The notes under the pieces: generated by a model | What the model saw: the letters and a program-made list of their open reading frames with translations, nothing else | What the model was told of the DNA's origin: nothing | The model's database searches: none | Made by a program: the position numbers and the translations under genes | Source of the DNA: Desulfobacter sp. | GTDB taxonomy: Bacteria; Desulfobacterota; Desulfobacteria; Desulfobacterales; Desulfobacteraceae | NCBI GenBank assembly: GCA_036881925.1 | Contig: JBAJNJ010000004.1 | Span: 216,100-280,099 of the forward strand | Direction: 5' to 3' | Length of the DNA: 64,000 nt | Part shown: positions 45,992 through 54,189 of the stretch, one piece after another | Numbering within the stretch: the stretch's first letter is position 1 | How the letters are laid out: each line of letters starts with the position of its first letter

Positions 45992-46222
45992 GTGTCAACG
46001 CCTGTCACACCGGATCCCCGGTCTTTTATAAGGCTTGCTGCCTCCCGTATGCCCTATGGCAAATACAAAGGGGTTCGCCTGGTGGACCTTCCCGAGGCTT
46101 ACCTGGTATGGTTTTCCAGAAAAGGGTTCCCAAAGGGAACGCTCGGGAAGGATTTGCAGGCAGTCTATGATATCAAGCGCAACGGCCTGGAACACCTGTT
46201 TAATCCACAACTCCCTAAGTAA
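45992..46222 (+). CDS. DUF3820-family protein
   Basis: 'MPYGKYKGVRLVDLPEAYLVWFSRKGFPKG' is the DUF3820 core. An in-frame GTG at 45992 avoids overlapping yheU. The ORF itself opens at 45956. Confidence 0.68.
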   Translation: MSTPVTPDPRSFIRLAASRMPYGKYKGVRLVDLPEAYLVWFSRKGFPKGTLGKDLQAVYDIKRNGLEHLFNPQLPK

Positions 46223-47645
46223 TATCCCCGCATTGGCGAAATTCAAATACCGACTTGGGCACACGGGTATTTTTGGCAATGGTCCGAAACGCGGTTCTCA
46301 ATCCTTCTTCCAGCACAGGGTGATAAAAGGGCATGGACAGAATCTGGTCGGCCGTCATTCCGGCGCCGGCAGCCCAGGCAATGAGATGGGCCAGGTGTTC
46401 GCCTGACGGGGCGATTATTTCAGCCCCGAGAAGCGCTCCTTTTTCCTTGTCCCCGTATATCCGCACCTTTCCCTTGTTCTGCCCCATGATCATGGCCCTG
46501 CCCTGGCGGGAAAAGTCAGCCTCCCCGATGATCATGTCTTGTCCTTCTTGGGCCAGCTCCTTGTATGATCTGCCCACCACGGCAATATTGGGAGATGAAA
46601 AGGTGATCTTCAGCGGCATGCGCCTGGCAAAGCAGGTGGCGGATTCAGCCATGGCATTGATACCTGCAATCCGTCCCTGGTCTGCGGCTTCATGGAGGAT
46701 GGGGCGCATGCGGTTGGCATCGCCGGCGATAAAGACCGGCAGATCCCCGATCTGAAGGGTGCCCGGATCAAACGCGGGCATCCCCATGGATCCCAGGCCA
46801 ACCCCCAGGTTTTCAAGCCCCATATCTGTCAACGGCGGCTTTCTGCCGGTGGCCAGGAGTACCTGTTCGACGTCCCGGATACGCTCTTCATCCATGTCAC
46901 CGGCCTTATCCCTGCATCCCACACGCAGCATCCCATTGGCGTTGCCAAGGATTTCAGCACTTCCCTTGATGATGTCCAGTTCCTTTGAAAAAATGTCCAG
47001 GGCCAATTCCTGGAGCACCGGGTCGGAAAGCCCGCCCACACGGTTGCTCCGGGTAACGCCCGTCACCCGGATCCCAAGGCGGGCCATGGCCTGCCCCAGT
47101 TCAATCCCGATGGGGCCGAGGCCGAACACGGCCACATGCCGGGGCAGTTCCTCCAGCTCGAAAAACCGGTCCGTGTCCAGGATATAATCCGCATATGGTT
47201 GCCAGGGTTCGGGGATTGTCGGTTTTGATCCCACGGCGATGATGATGCGGCGGGCACGGATGGTTGTATCCCCGAGGTCAAGGGTGTTGGGGTCCAGGAA
47301 CCTGGCGCGTTTGGCAATGAAATGATCGTCCCAGGCCGCCATTCCCCGGACCACCCCCCCGGCGAACCGGTCCCGGAGGTGCCGGACCCGGGCCATGACA
47401 GTGCGCGGGTCCGGAGAAAGTCCTGCAGCGCCGTCAATCCCGTAAATATCAAAGACACGGCGTTTGTGAAAAGTATTGGCAATTTCAATCAGGGCTTTTG
47501 ACGGCATGCACCCGACCCGGGCACAGGTGGTGCCGAGAATACCGTCGTCAATCACCACATAGTTGTCCGTATGTTTTGCCACTTCCGCCCGGGCGGTGAG
47601 ACCCGCGGTTCCCGCACCAATAATCGCAACATCATAATGTTTCAT
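46215..47645 (-). CDS. dihydrolipoyl-dehydrogenase-family FAD-dependent pyridine nucleotide-disulfide oxidoreductase
   Basis: 'DVAIIGAGTAGL', the redox disulfide 'GTTCARVGCMPSK', a second Rossmann motif 'VAVFGLGPIGIE', and a dimerisation domain ending in an HP(V/T)L-type motif. Confidence 0.85.
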   Translation of the reverse strand: MKHYDVAIIGAGTAGLTARAEVAKHTDNYVVIDDGILGTTCARVGCMPSKALIEIANTFHKRRVFDIYGIDGAAGLSPDPRTVMARVRHLRDRFAGGVVRGMAAWDDHFIAKRARFLDPNTLDLGDTTIRARRIIIAVGSKPTIPEPWQPYADYILDTDRFFELEELPRHVAVFGLGPIGIELGQAMARLGIRVTGVTRSNRVGGLSDPVLQELALDIFSKELDIIKGSAEILGNANGMLRVGCRDKAGDMDEERIRDVEQVLLATGRKPPLTDMGLENLGVGLGSMGMPAFDPGTLQIGDLPVFIAGDANRMRPILHEAADQGRIAGINAMAESATCFARRMPLKITFSSPNIAVVGRSYKELAQEGQDMIIGEADFSRQGRAMIMGQNKGKVRIYGDKEKGALLGAEIIAPSGEHLAHLIAWAAGAGMTADQILSMPFYHPVLEEGLRTAFRTIAKNTRVPKSVFEFRQCGDIT

Positions 47646-47739
47646 TCTGCTCCCCCTTTTGCATATATAGCCATAAGATCATCACGAAACCGGCCAAGGC
47701 AAGGGGGCATCGGCAGGTAAAGCCCAACAGCAAACCAGC

Positions 47740-49377
47740 TTAGAAATCCGGATCCTTATCTGGGGGCAGCGCTGCTTTGCGGGACGGCGGCAGTGAGAGC
47801 CGGTCCGGTCCGCCCGGCGTCTCCGGCCGGTGGGACGGGGCCCCGGAGGCACGTTCCCTGCGACCATTGATCAATGCCACAAGATCACGCATCAGGGCTT
47901 TCATGGTTTCGGCCTGTGCATTCAACTCTTCGGCGGATGATGCGGATTCCTCGGCATTTGCCGCATTCTGCTGCACCACCTTGTCCATCTGGGAGACCGA
48001 GGTGTTGACCTGGGAAATACCGTCGGACTGCTCCTGGGAGGCCCTGGAAATTTCAAAGATCAGCTTGCCGACCCGGTCCGAACTTTCAGAAACATTGACA
48101 AATGCCTTGTGGGTGCCGGCAACAATTTCAGCCCCTTCAGCCACCTTTGTCATTGTTCCCTCGATGAGTTCGGCCGTGTCCCTGGCCGCTTCCGCCGACC
48201 GCATGGCCAGATTGCGGACCTCGTCGGCCACCACGGCAAATCCGGCCCCGGCCTCACCGGCCCTGGCCGCTTCCACGGCCGCATTCAGGGCCAGAAGATT
48301 GGTTTGGAATGCAATTTCATCAATGGTTTTGATGATCTTGGCGGTTTCCTCACTGGCCTGGGAAATCCCTTCCATGGATTGGGTCAGGGCCGTCATGGAC
48401 TTGTTGGCCTCACTGACCACCTGGTTGGCCTCTTTCATCAGGACATCGGCATGCCCGGCATTTTTTGCGTTTTTCTGGGTCATGGACGACATCTCTTCCA
48501 TGGACGAGGAGGTTTCCTCAATGGAGGCGGCCTGGTCCGAAGCACCTTCGGCCAGGATCTGGCTTGAAGAGGAGACCTGGTTGGCGGCACAAGAGACCTG
48601 CCCGGCCCCTTCGTTGAGATTGTCGATAATATTGCCGATGGGTTTGGTGATACCCCGCCGGACCACAATGAAAAAGATGAGAATGGTTGCCATGATGCCC
48701 ATTACAGCAATGGCCCCGGCTTTGAGAAGGTTCTGCCGCAAATGGGCGTCTGCCGGGCCAAGGTCCTGGATCACCTCAAACGCGCCATGGATTTCCCCGG
48801 CTTTCCACCCTTCCATCTTGCTGCCCGTGGGATCGGTACCGTCGGTATTTCCCCACAGGACATTGGAATTTGCCGGATCACCGTGGCAGAGCAGGCAGGT
48901 ATCTGTCAGCCGTACCGCCCGGAACACCCGGATGGTGTTGGTGGCATCGTCAATAATCACATAATCCGGGGTATTGGTCTTTTTCATGGTGTTCAATGCC
49001 TCGGCCTCAACCGCATCCGGCTCGTTCTCCGGATTCCTGGGCTGGAATTTCGGCACCCGGAATTCATACCCCAGCTTTTCCGCCTGTTCATAGGCAGCCT
49101 GCCAGGAAGCCACCACCGGCACCATGGATAGAATCTTGTCTTTTTCCCCCTGGTCTGCAAAGGCCCGCATCATTTCCGGCGTCATGATGCCCTGCTGCCA
49201 TTTTTTCTCCATCTCCCTGCGGACGGATTCCGTCAGCAGGCAGATGGTCTCGGCCTTGTCAATATCGAATTTAATCGTTCCTTTCCGGTCATCCACCCCG
49301 TAAAGCACGAATAATACGGAGCATAACGCCACCATGGTCCCGATCCCCACCAAAAGAATTTTTTTCATCAGACTCAT
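47740..49377 (-). CDS. methyl-accepting chemotaxis protein with a periplasmic c-type-haem (CxxCH) sensor domain (DUF3365/Tll0287-like)
   Basis: TM1 (aa 7-27), a periplasmic domain with '[10 protein letters not shown]' (aa 159-168), TM2, HAMP, and an MCP signalling domain '[35 protein letters not shown]'. Confidence 0.88.
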   Translation of the reverse strand: MSLMKKILLVGIGTMVALCSVLFVLYGVDDRKGTIKFDIDKAETICLLTESVRREMEKKWQQGIMTPEMMRAFADQGEKDKILSMVPVVASWQAAYEQAEKLGYEFRVPKFQPRNPENEPDAVEAEALNTMKKTNTPDYVIIDDATNTIRVFRAVRLTDTCLLCHGDPANSNVLWGNTDGTDPTGSKMEGWKAGEIHGAFEVIQDLGPADAHLRQNLLKAGAIAVMGIMATILIFFIVVRRGITKPIGNIIDNLNEGAGQVSCAANQVSSSSQILAEGASDQAASIEETSSSMEEMSSMTQKNAKNAGHADVLMKEANQVVSEANKSMTALTQSMEGISQASEETAKIIKTIDEIAFQTNLLALNAAVEAARAGEAGAGFAVVADEVRNLAMRSAEAARDTAELIEGTMTKVAEGAEIVAGTHKAFVNVSESSDRVGKLIFEISRASQEQSDGISQVNTSVSQMDKVVQQNAANAEESASSAEELNAQAETMKALMRDLVALINGRRERASGAPSHRPETPGGPDRLSLPPSRKAALPPDKDPDF

Positions 49378-49452
49378 TTGTAGTTGTTTCCTTTTTTTGA
49401 TTGCTGTACCCGTTCATCCCATATGCCCCCGATCAATATGGAATACCCGATA

Positions 49453-51000
49453 TTACCCCCTTCTCAGCATTCCGTTGTTCCGCTCATCAAGCGCCTTTCG
49501 TATGGCCGCGGCAATGTCCGAACGGCCCACGGGTTTGAAAAGCAGTTCACATACCCCCATCTCCCCGGCATGGTCGGGATCAATGGCTTCGGAAAATCCG
49601 GTGAGCAGGATCACCGGAAGATCATTTTTCTTTTCCCAGGCCTTTTCCGTCAGCACCAGTCCGCTCATTCCCGGCATGGTCATATCGGTAATCAGCAGGT
49701 CCACATCATTGGAAATCGCCTCAAGCGCCTTATCCGGATCCGTAAAGGCGCAGACCCTGTATCCCAGGGCCCCCAGGATTTTCTCAAGCATGTCTGCGAT
49801 GGCCGGTTCGTCATCCACCACCATGACATGCTCATTCCCCCCGATGACCTCTTGCTCGGCATCATCCGGCAGCACGCATTCATCGTACCGGACCGGCAGG
49901 TAGACCCTGAAGGTAGAGCCGTCACCCACCCGGCTCTCCACCGTGACGGCCCCGCCCAGCTCCCTGACAATGCCGTTGACCACGGACAACCCCATGCCGG
50001 TGCCCTTGCCGGCGGGCTTTGTGGTGAAAAAGGGTTTGAAAATCTTGCCCTGGATATCGGGGGGGATGCCGCACCCGTCATCACTGACTGCCAGTTCCAG
50101 GTATATGCTTCCCGGTTCCAGGCCGTTGGCAGCGGTTTCCGGGCAATAGTCCCCGAGGGTGACGGTCATCACCCCGCCAGCCTCGTCCATGGCATGTTTG
50201 GCATTGGTGCACAGGTTCATCACGACCTGGTGAATGGAAGTGGGATCGGCAATCACAATGCCGCACTCCGGGGTGATCACGGACCGGATTTTAATATTCG
50301 ACGGAAATGAGGCCTTGATCAGTTTCAGGGCCTCTTTGACGATCAAATTCATGGCCACGGGCTGTATGGGCTGGCGGCTCTGGCGGCTGAACGACAGGAT
50401 CTGCCCCACAAGCCGGCCGGCCCTGTGGGCGGCATTCCTGATTTCATTGGCATCTTCTGCCACTTCCGGATCAGGGTGGTCGGACAGCAGTTCGGCAAAG
50501 GCCTGGATTGGGAAAAGGATATTGTTGAAGTCATGGGCGATCCCCCCGGCAAGCGATCCCAATGCTTCCATTTTCTGGGCCTGGCGAATCCCGTCTTCCA
50601 GTTCCCGCCATTTGGCATCCAGATCGTCCAGACGATGCTTCTCGGCCACCTGGCGTTCCACCACACTGATCAGTTCTTCCATCTCAAAGGGTTTGGGGAT
50701 ATAGTCGTTGGCCCCGGCCCGCCATGCCCGGGTGATGTCCTTTGGCTGGGCCTTTGCTGTGAACATGACGATGCGGATATTCCTGAAGGCCACCTGTTCC
50801 CGGATTTTTTCCAGAACTTCAAGGCCGTCCAGCCCGGGCATCATCCAGTCCAGGAGGATGAGGTCCGGTTCGAATCCGGCAATTTTCTCCAGGCACGCTT
50901 CACCGCTTTCCACCACAAGCAGCGTATAATCATCCTCAAGAAATCCCGAAGCAACCATGCGGTTCTGGCGGTTGTCATCAACTATCATTATTTTCGACAT
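49453..51000 (-). CDS. hybrid two-component protein: receiver - HisKA/HATPase kinase core - receiver
   Basis: N-terminal REC ('IMIVDDN...LILLDWMMPGLDG...FTAK'), H-box 'GGIAHDFNNIL', G-boxes 'DDGCGI...GTGMGLS', and a C-terminal REC ('VMVVDDE...LLITDMTMPGMSG'). It overlaps the upstream kinase gene by 23 nt. Confidence 0.88.
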   Translation of the reverse strand: MSKIMIVDDNRQNRMVASGFLEDDYTLLVVESGEACLEKIAGFEPDLILLDWMMPGLDGLEVLEKIREQVAFRNIRIVMFTAKAQPKDITRAWRAGANDYIPKPFEMEELISVVERQVAEKHRLDDLDAKWRELEDGIRQAQKMEALGSLAGGIAHDFNNILFPIQAFAELLSDHPDPEVAEDANEIRNAAHRAGRLVGQILSFSRQSRQPIQPVAMNLIVKEALKLIKASFPSNIKIRSVITPECGIVIADPTSIHQVVMNLCTNAKHAMDEAGGVMTVTLGDYCPETAANGLEPGSIYLELAVSDDGCGIPPDIQGKIFKPFFTTKPAGKGTGMGLSVVNGIVRELGGAVTVESRVGDGSTFRVYLPVRYDECVLPDDAEQEVIGGNEHVMVVDDEPAIADMLEKILGALGYRVCAFTDPDKALEAISNDVDLLITDMTMPGMSGLVLTEKAWEKKNDLPVILLTGFSEAIDPDHAGEMGVCELLFKPVGRSDIAAAIRKALDERNNGMLRRG

Positions 51001-53908
51001 TTCTCTTCTCCTTGATTCCGTTGATCAGCGGCAGGGTAAACCGGAACGTGCTTCCCTTGCCGGGCTCACTTGTCACATGAATGGTTCCGCCCATCATTTC
51101 AACCAGTTTCCGCGAAATCGTCAGTCCCAGTCCGGTTCCCTCGGCCGTGCGGGAACTGCCGCCAAGCATCTCAAAGCGGTCAAATATCCGGACAAGGTCC
51201 TGCCTGTCAATGCCGCACCCGGTATCGGATACTGCAATCTCTGCAAGATGGCCGTTGATCTGGCGGCAACTGACCCGTATCACCCCTTCATTGGTAAACT
51301 TTATGGCATTGCCGATCAGGTTGAACAGAATCTGGTCCAGAAACTTCCTGTCCGCCCTGACATTGCGAATGGCCTTTGAGCAGTCCACGGACAAGGACAA
51401 TCCTTTTTGGACGGCCAGGCTTGAAATCCGCGACCGCATCTGGTCCAGGACCTCGGACAGGTTCAGCGATACAAATGTAAAGGAAATCCTGCCGGCTTCG
51501 ATCCTGGACAGGTCAAGCAGATCATTCACAATGGCGATCAGGTGCCGGGAGGATTCCAGGCCCTGGCCGGCCATCATCTTGATTTGCTCGGGATCTGTCC
51601 TGTTTTTTTCAATCTTGTTCACAATCAACTGGAAAAACCCGTGGATGCCGTTCAGGGGCGTCCGCAATTCATGGCTCATATGGGACAAAAACTCGCTTTT
51701 GGCCCGGTTGGCCTGCTCTGCGATGTCTTTTGCCCGTTGCAGGTTGTTTTCCATGCGCTGGCGCTGGAGGATACTCCACATGGTGGACATGAATACCACC
51801 AGCCGGTTGGCGTCGTTTTTCCCGTAAGGTGCTTTTTTGTTGCCCACCCCTGCCACGGCAACCACGTTGTCCCCGTCAAACACGGGTACGCTCATGTGCC
51901 GGTAAACCGGGAAATGCCCCTCGGGCATGCCCTTTTTATTGGGCAGGTTGGGATAGTCGTTATGGATCACGGCCTCGCGCGCCTCAATGCAGTCCACCCA
52001 GACCCCGGCCTCGCTGATGGGATAATGGGAGGCTTTGATAGCGGTGCATTTGTCCATGGTGCCCCGGGACCAGGTAAACAATCTCAGGGTTTCCTGGTCC
52101 GAATTTACAAAATGCAGATACCCGATTTCGCTGTCCGTGAGGCGGACCGCCTCTTCCAGAGAAAAATCAACAATTTCCTTTTCCGTTTTATCCTTCATCA
52201 GGCTGATGACCAACAGGGATTCCAGTCGCTCTTCATTTAATTTGAGTTCAATGTTGGCATCACGAAGCTCCTTGGTCCTGTCCCGGACCTGGTCTGTCAG
52301 TGCCTGCCTGTGTTTCTCAAGAGCTTCTTCGGCCAGTTTCCGCTTGGTGATGTCCATATGGGTCACGACCATGCCCCCGCTGCCGTCTTCCAGGGGGATG
52401 ACCCACAGCAGGAACCACCGCCGTTCATCAGGGGAATCACAGGGATATTCCCAGATAAAAATATCAGCAGTCCTTTCCATGACGGCCTTAAGGCCTGCCG
52501 TCACCTTGATATCGCCTGCCCGTTCACATACCTCAAAGTAGTTGGCTCCAAGACCTGTACATGCGATATCCCCCCCGTTCTCCAGGGTAAAATTATTCCA
52601 TCGCTGGTTGGTTGCCATGATGTTGCCCGTGGCATCCAGTACGGCGATATTCAGGGGAAGGGCATTGAGCACCTCCTGCATGGCCGACTCAAAATCCTTT
52701 GCCTTTGTGATGTCGCTGATGGTCCCGATGAACCCCAAAAGCGTTCCTGCAGAATCCCTCTGGGGAACTGCCCGGCCCGCAAGCCAAGTGGTCCGGCCGT
52801 CCGGCCTGTGGAACCGGTAATCAAGCCGGAACATCCGATCCTCCCGAACGGCATCCGCCCATTCCTGCCGCAGCCGCCCCCGATCATCGGGGTGGACCGC
52901 CGATTCCCAACCCTTGCCCAATGCCTGGTAAAGCGTCATGCCCGATACTGTTTTCCAGGTCTGGTTCACCCAGACACATTGGCCGTCCGGATCGGTACGG
53001 AAAATCCCCACTGGACTCAACAGGGCCAGGGACTCGTAACGGGCAGCACTTTCACCCAGCCGGACATTCAGCGACCGGATGGAGGCATACCGCCAAAAAA
53101 ACATCATTAGGAGCGTCACAAAAAGTCCACCGCCCATGATTACAGCGACCCGCCGGGGGGTCCAGAACGGTTCGGGCAATCCGTGCCAGCGCAAATAAAT
53201 TTCCCGGTACTCCGGGGAGCCCACAAAGGTATCAATGGCATGGTTCAGCGTGTTGACCAGGTATTGGCGCTCCAGGCAGACGCCGATGGCGCGTTTGATT
53301 TCCTTCAGGGGCGGGCCCGCCACCTGTATGCGGTCTGCAACACCTGCATTTTCCGCAATCTGAAGGATCACTGGCTCAGGATACACCAGGGCATCGATAC
53401 GCCCGGACAACAGCCCCTGGAACAATGCCTGTTCCGGATCGTCAAATACCACCGCCTCTGCACCGGGATATTGACGGACAATAGCAGCACCTGCATTCCG
53501 GCGGCCCACCCCGACCCTTCCCCGATCCGGCTTTTCAGGCATGACTGCCCCAAACGCCCCTTTTCGTACAAACATGGATATGGGGTAGGTTTCCAGGGGA
53601 CGGGTAAACCGGCAGTACAGTTTCCGCTCGGGCGTAATGCCCATATTCGGCACAATATCCGTGTTGCCGCTCTCCAAGGCCTTAAATACATCGTCCCAGG
53701 TGCCTCTGGCCTCGTATTCAATCCGCAGCCCGGCAATGGCCGCCACCCGGTCCATTACCTCAATGGCAAACCCGGTGGGCTCGCCCTGGTCATTCAGGCT
53801 GTACTGGGGGGGGAAACTGGCCGGCACCACGGCACGCAGCACATCTGTTTCCGCGCCCGCAGGCATGGCCGCAGCCATCAAGAACCAGAACACCACCCAT
53901 GGTCTCAT
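50978..53908 (-). CDS. sensor histidine kinase: signal peptide - periplasmic solute-binding (SBP family 3) domain - TM - PAS - PAS - GAF - HisKA - HATPase
   Basis: 976 aa. 'LRAVVPASFPPQYSLNDQGEPTGFAIEVMD' is SBP_bac_3-like. The TM helix is 'VAVIMGGGLFVTLLMMFFW'. Two PAS-like blocks and a GAF-like block follow, then H-box 'SHMSHELRTPLNGI' and 'DTGCGI...GTGLGLTISRKLVEMMGG'. The start overlaps the kaiB stop (ATGA). Confidence 0.88.
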   Translation of the reverse strand: MRPWVVFWFLMAAAMPAGAETDVLRAVVPASFPPQYSLNDQGEPTGFAIEVMDRVAAIAGLRIEYEARGTWDDVFKALESGNTDIVPNMGITPERKLYCRFTRPLETYPISMFVRKGAFGAVMPEKPDRGRVGVGRRNAGAAIVRQYPGAEAVVFDDPEQALFQGLLSGRIDALVYPEPVILQIAENAGVADRIQVAGPPLKEIKRAIGVCLERQYLVNTLNHAIDTFVGSPEYREIYLRWHGLPEPFWTPRRVAVIMGGGLFVTLLMMFFWRYASIRSLNVRLGESAARYESLALLSPVGIFRTDPDGQCVWVNQTWKTVSGMTLYQALGKGWESAVHPDDRGRLRQEWADAVREDRMFRLDYRFHRPDGRTTWLAGRAVPQRDSAGTLLGFIGTISDITKAKDFESAMQEVLNALPLNIAVLDATGNIMATNQRWNNFTLENGGDIACTGLGANYFEVCERAGDIKVTAGLKAVMERTADIFIWEYPCDSPDERRWFLLWVIPLEDGSGGMVVTHMDITKRKLAEEALEKHRQALTDQVRDRTKELRDANIELKLNEERLESLLVISLMKDKTEKEIVDFSLEEAVRLTDSEIGYLHFVNSDQETLRLFTWSRGTMDKCTAIKASHYPISEAGVWVDCIEAREAVIHNDYPNLPNKKGMPEGHFPVYRHMSVPVFDGDNVVAVAGVGNKKAPYGKNDANRLVVFMSTMWSILQRQRMENNLQRAKDIAEQANRAKSEFLSHMSHELRTPLNGIHGFFQLIVNKIEKNRTDPEQIKMMAGQGLESSRHLIAIVNDLLDLSRIEAGRISFTFVSLNLSEVLDQMRSRISSLAVQKGLSLSVDCSKAIRNVRADRKFLDQILFNLIGNAIKFTNEGVIRVSCRQINGHLAEIAVSDTGCGIDRQDLVRIFDRFEMLGGSSRTAEGTGLGLTISRKLVEMMGGTIHVTSEPGKGSTFRFTLPLINGIKEKRNVENNDS

Positions 53909-54189
53909 CCATCCGCCTCTATTTTCAACGCCGCCAGCAGCTTGTCCGTGTCCGCCATATCACCGGCCACATAGCTCGGGGGCAATGGTGTGGCAACAAC
54001 CAGCATGGGCGTAATATACACCTCATTTTTCAGGGCGATTTCCGGATCTTTGAGTACGTCGATAATCTCCATGCAATACTTGTCTTTCAGATATTTCCGG
54101 CAGATTTTATTCAGATGCTGCTTGGCCTTGACCGAGTTGGGCTGGTTATCCGCGACGAACAACATCAACTGGTACGGTTTATCATTCAT
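53905..54189 (-). CDS. kaiB: circadian clock protein KaiB homolog
   Basis: 94 aa. 'LMLFVADNQPNSVKAK' and 'IDVLKDPEIALKNEVYITPML' align to cyanobacterial KaiB ('LKLYVAGNTPNSVRAL', '[21 protein letters not shown]'). Confidence 0.9.
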   Translation of the reverse strand: MNDKPYQLMLFVADNQPNSVKAKQHLNKICRKYLKDKYCMEIIDVLKDPEIALKNEVYITPMLVVATPLPPSYVAGDMADTDKLLAALKIEADG

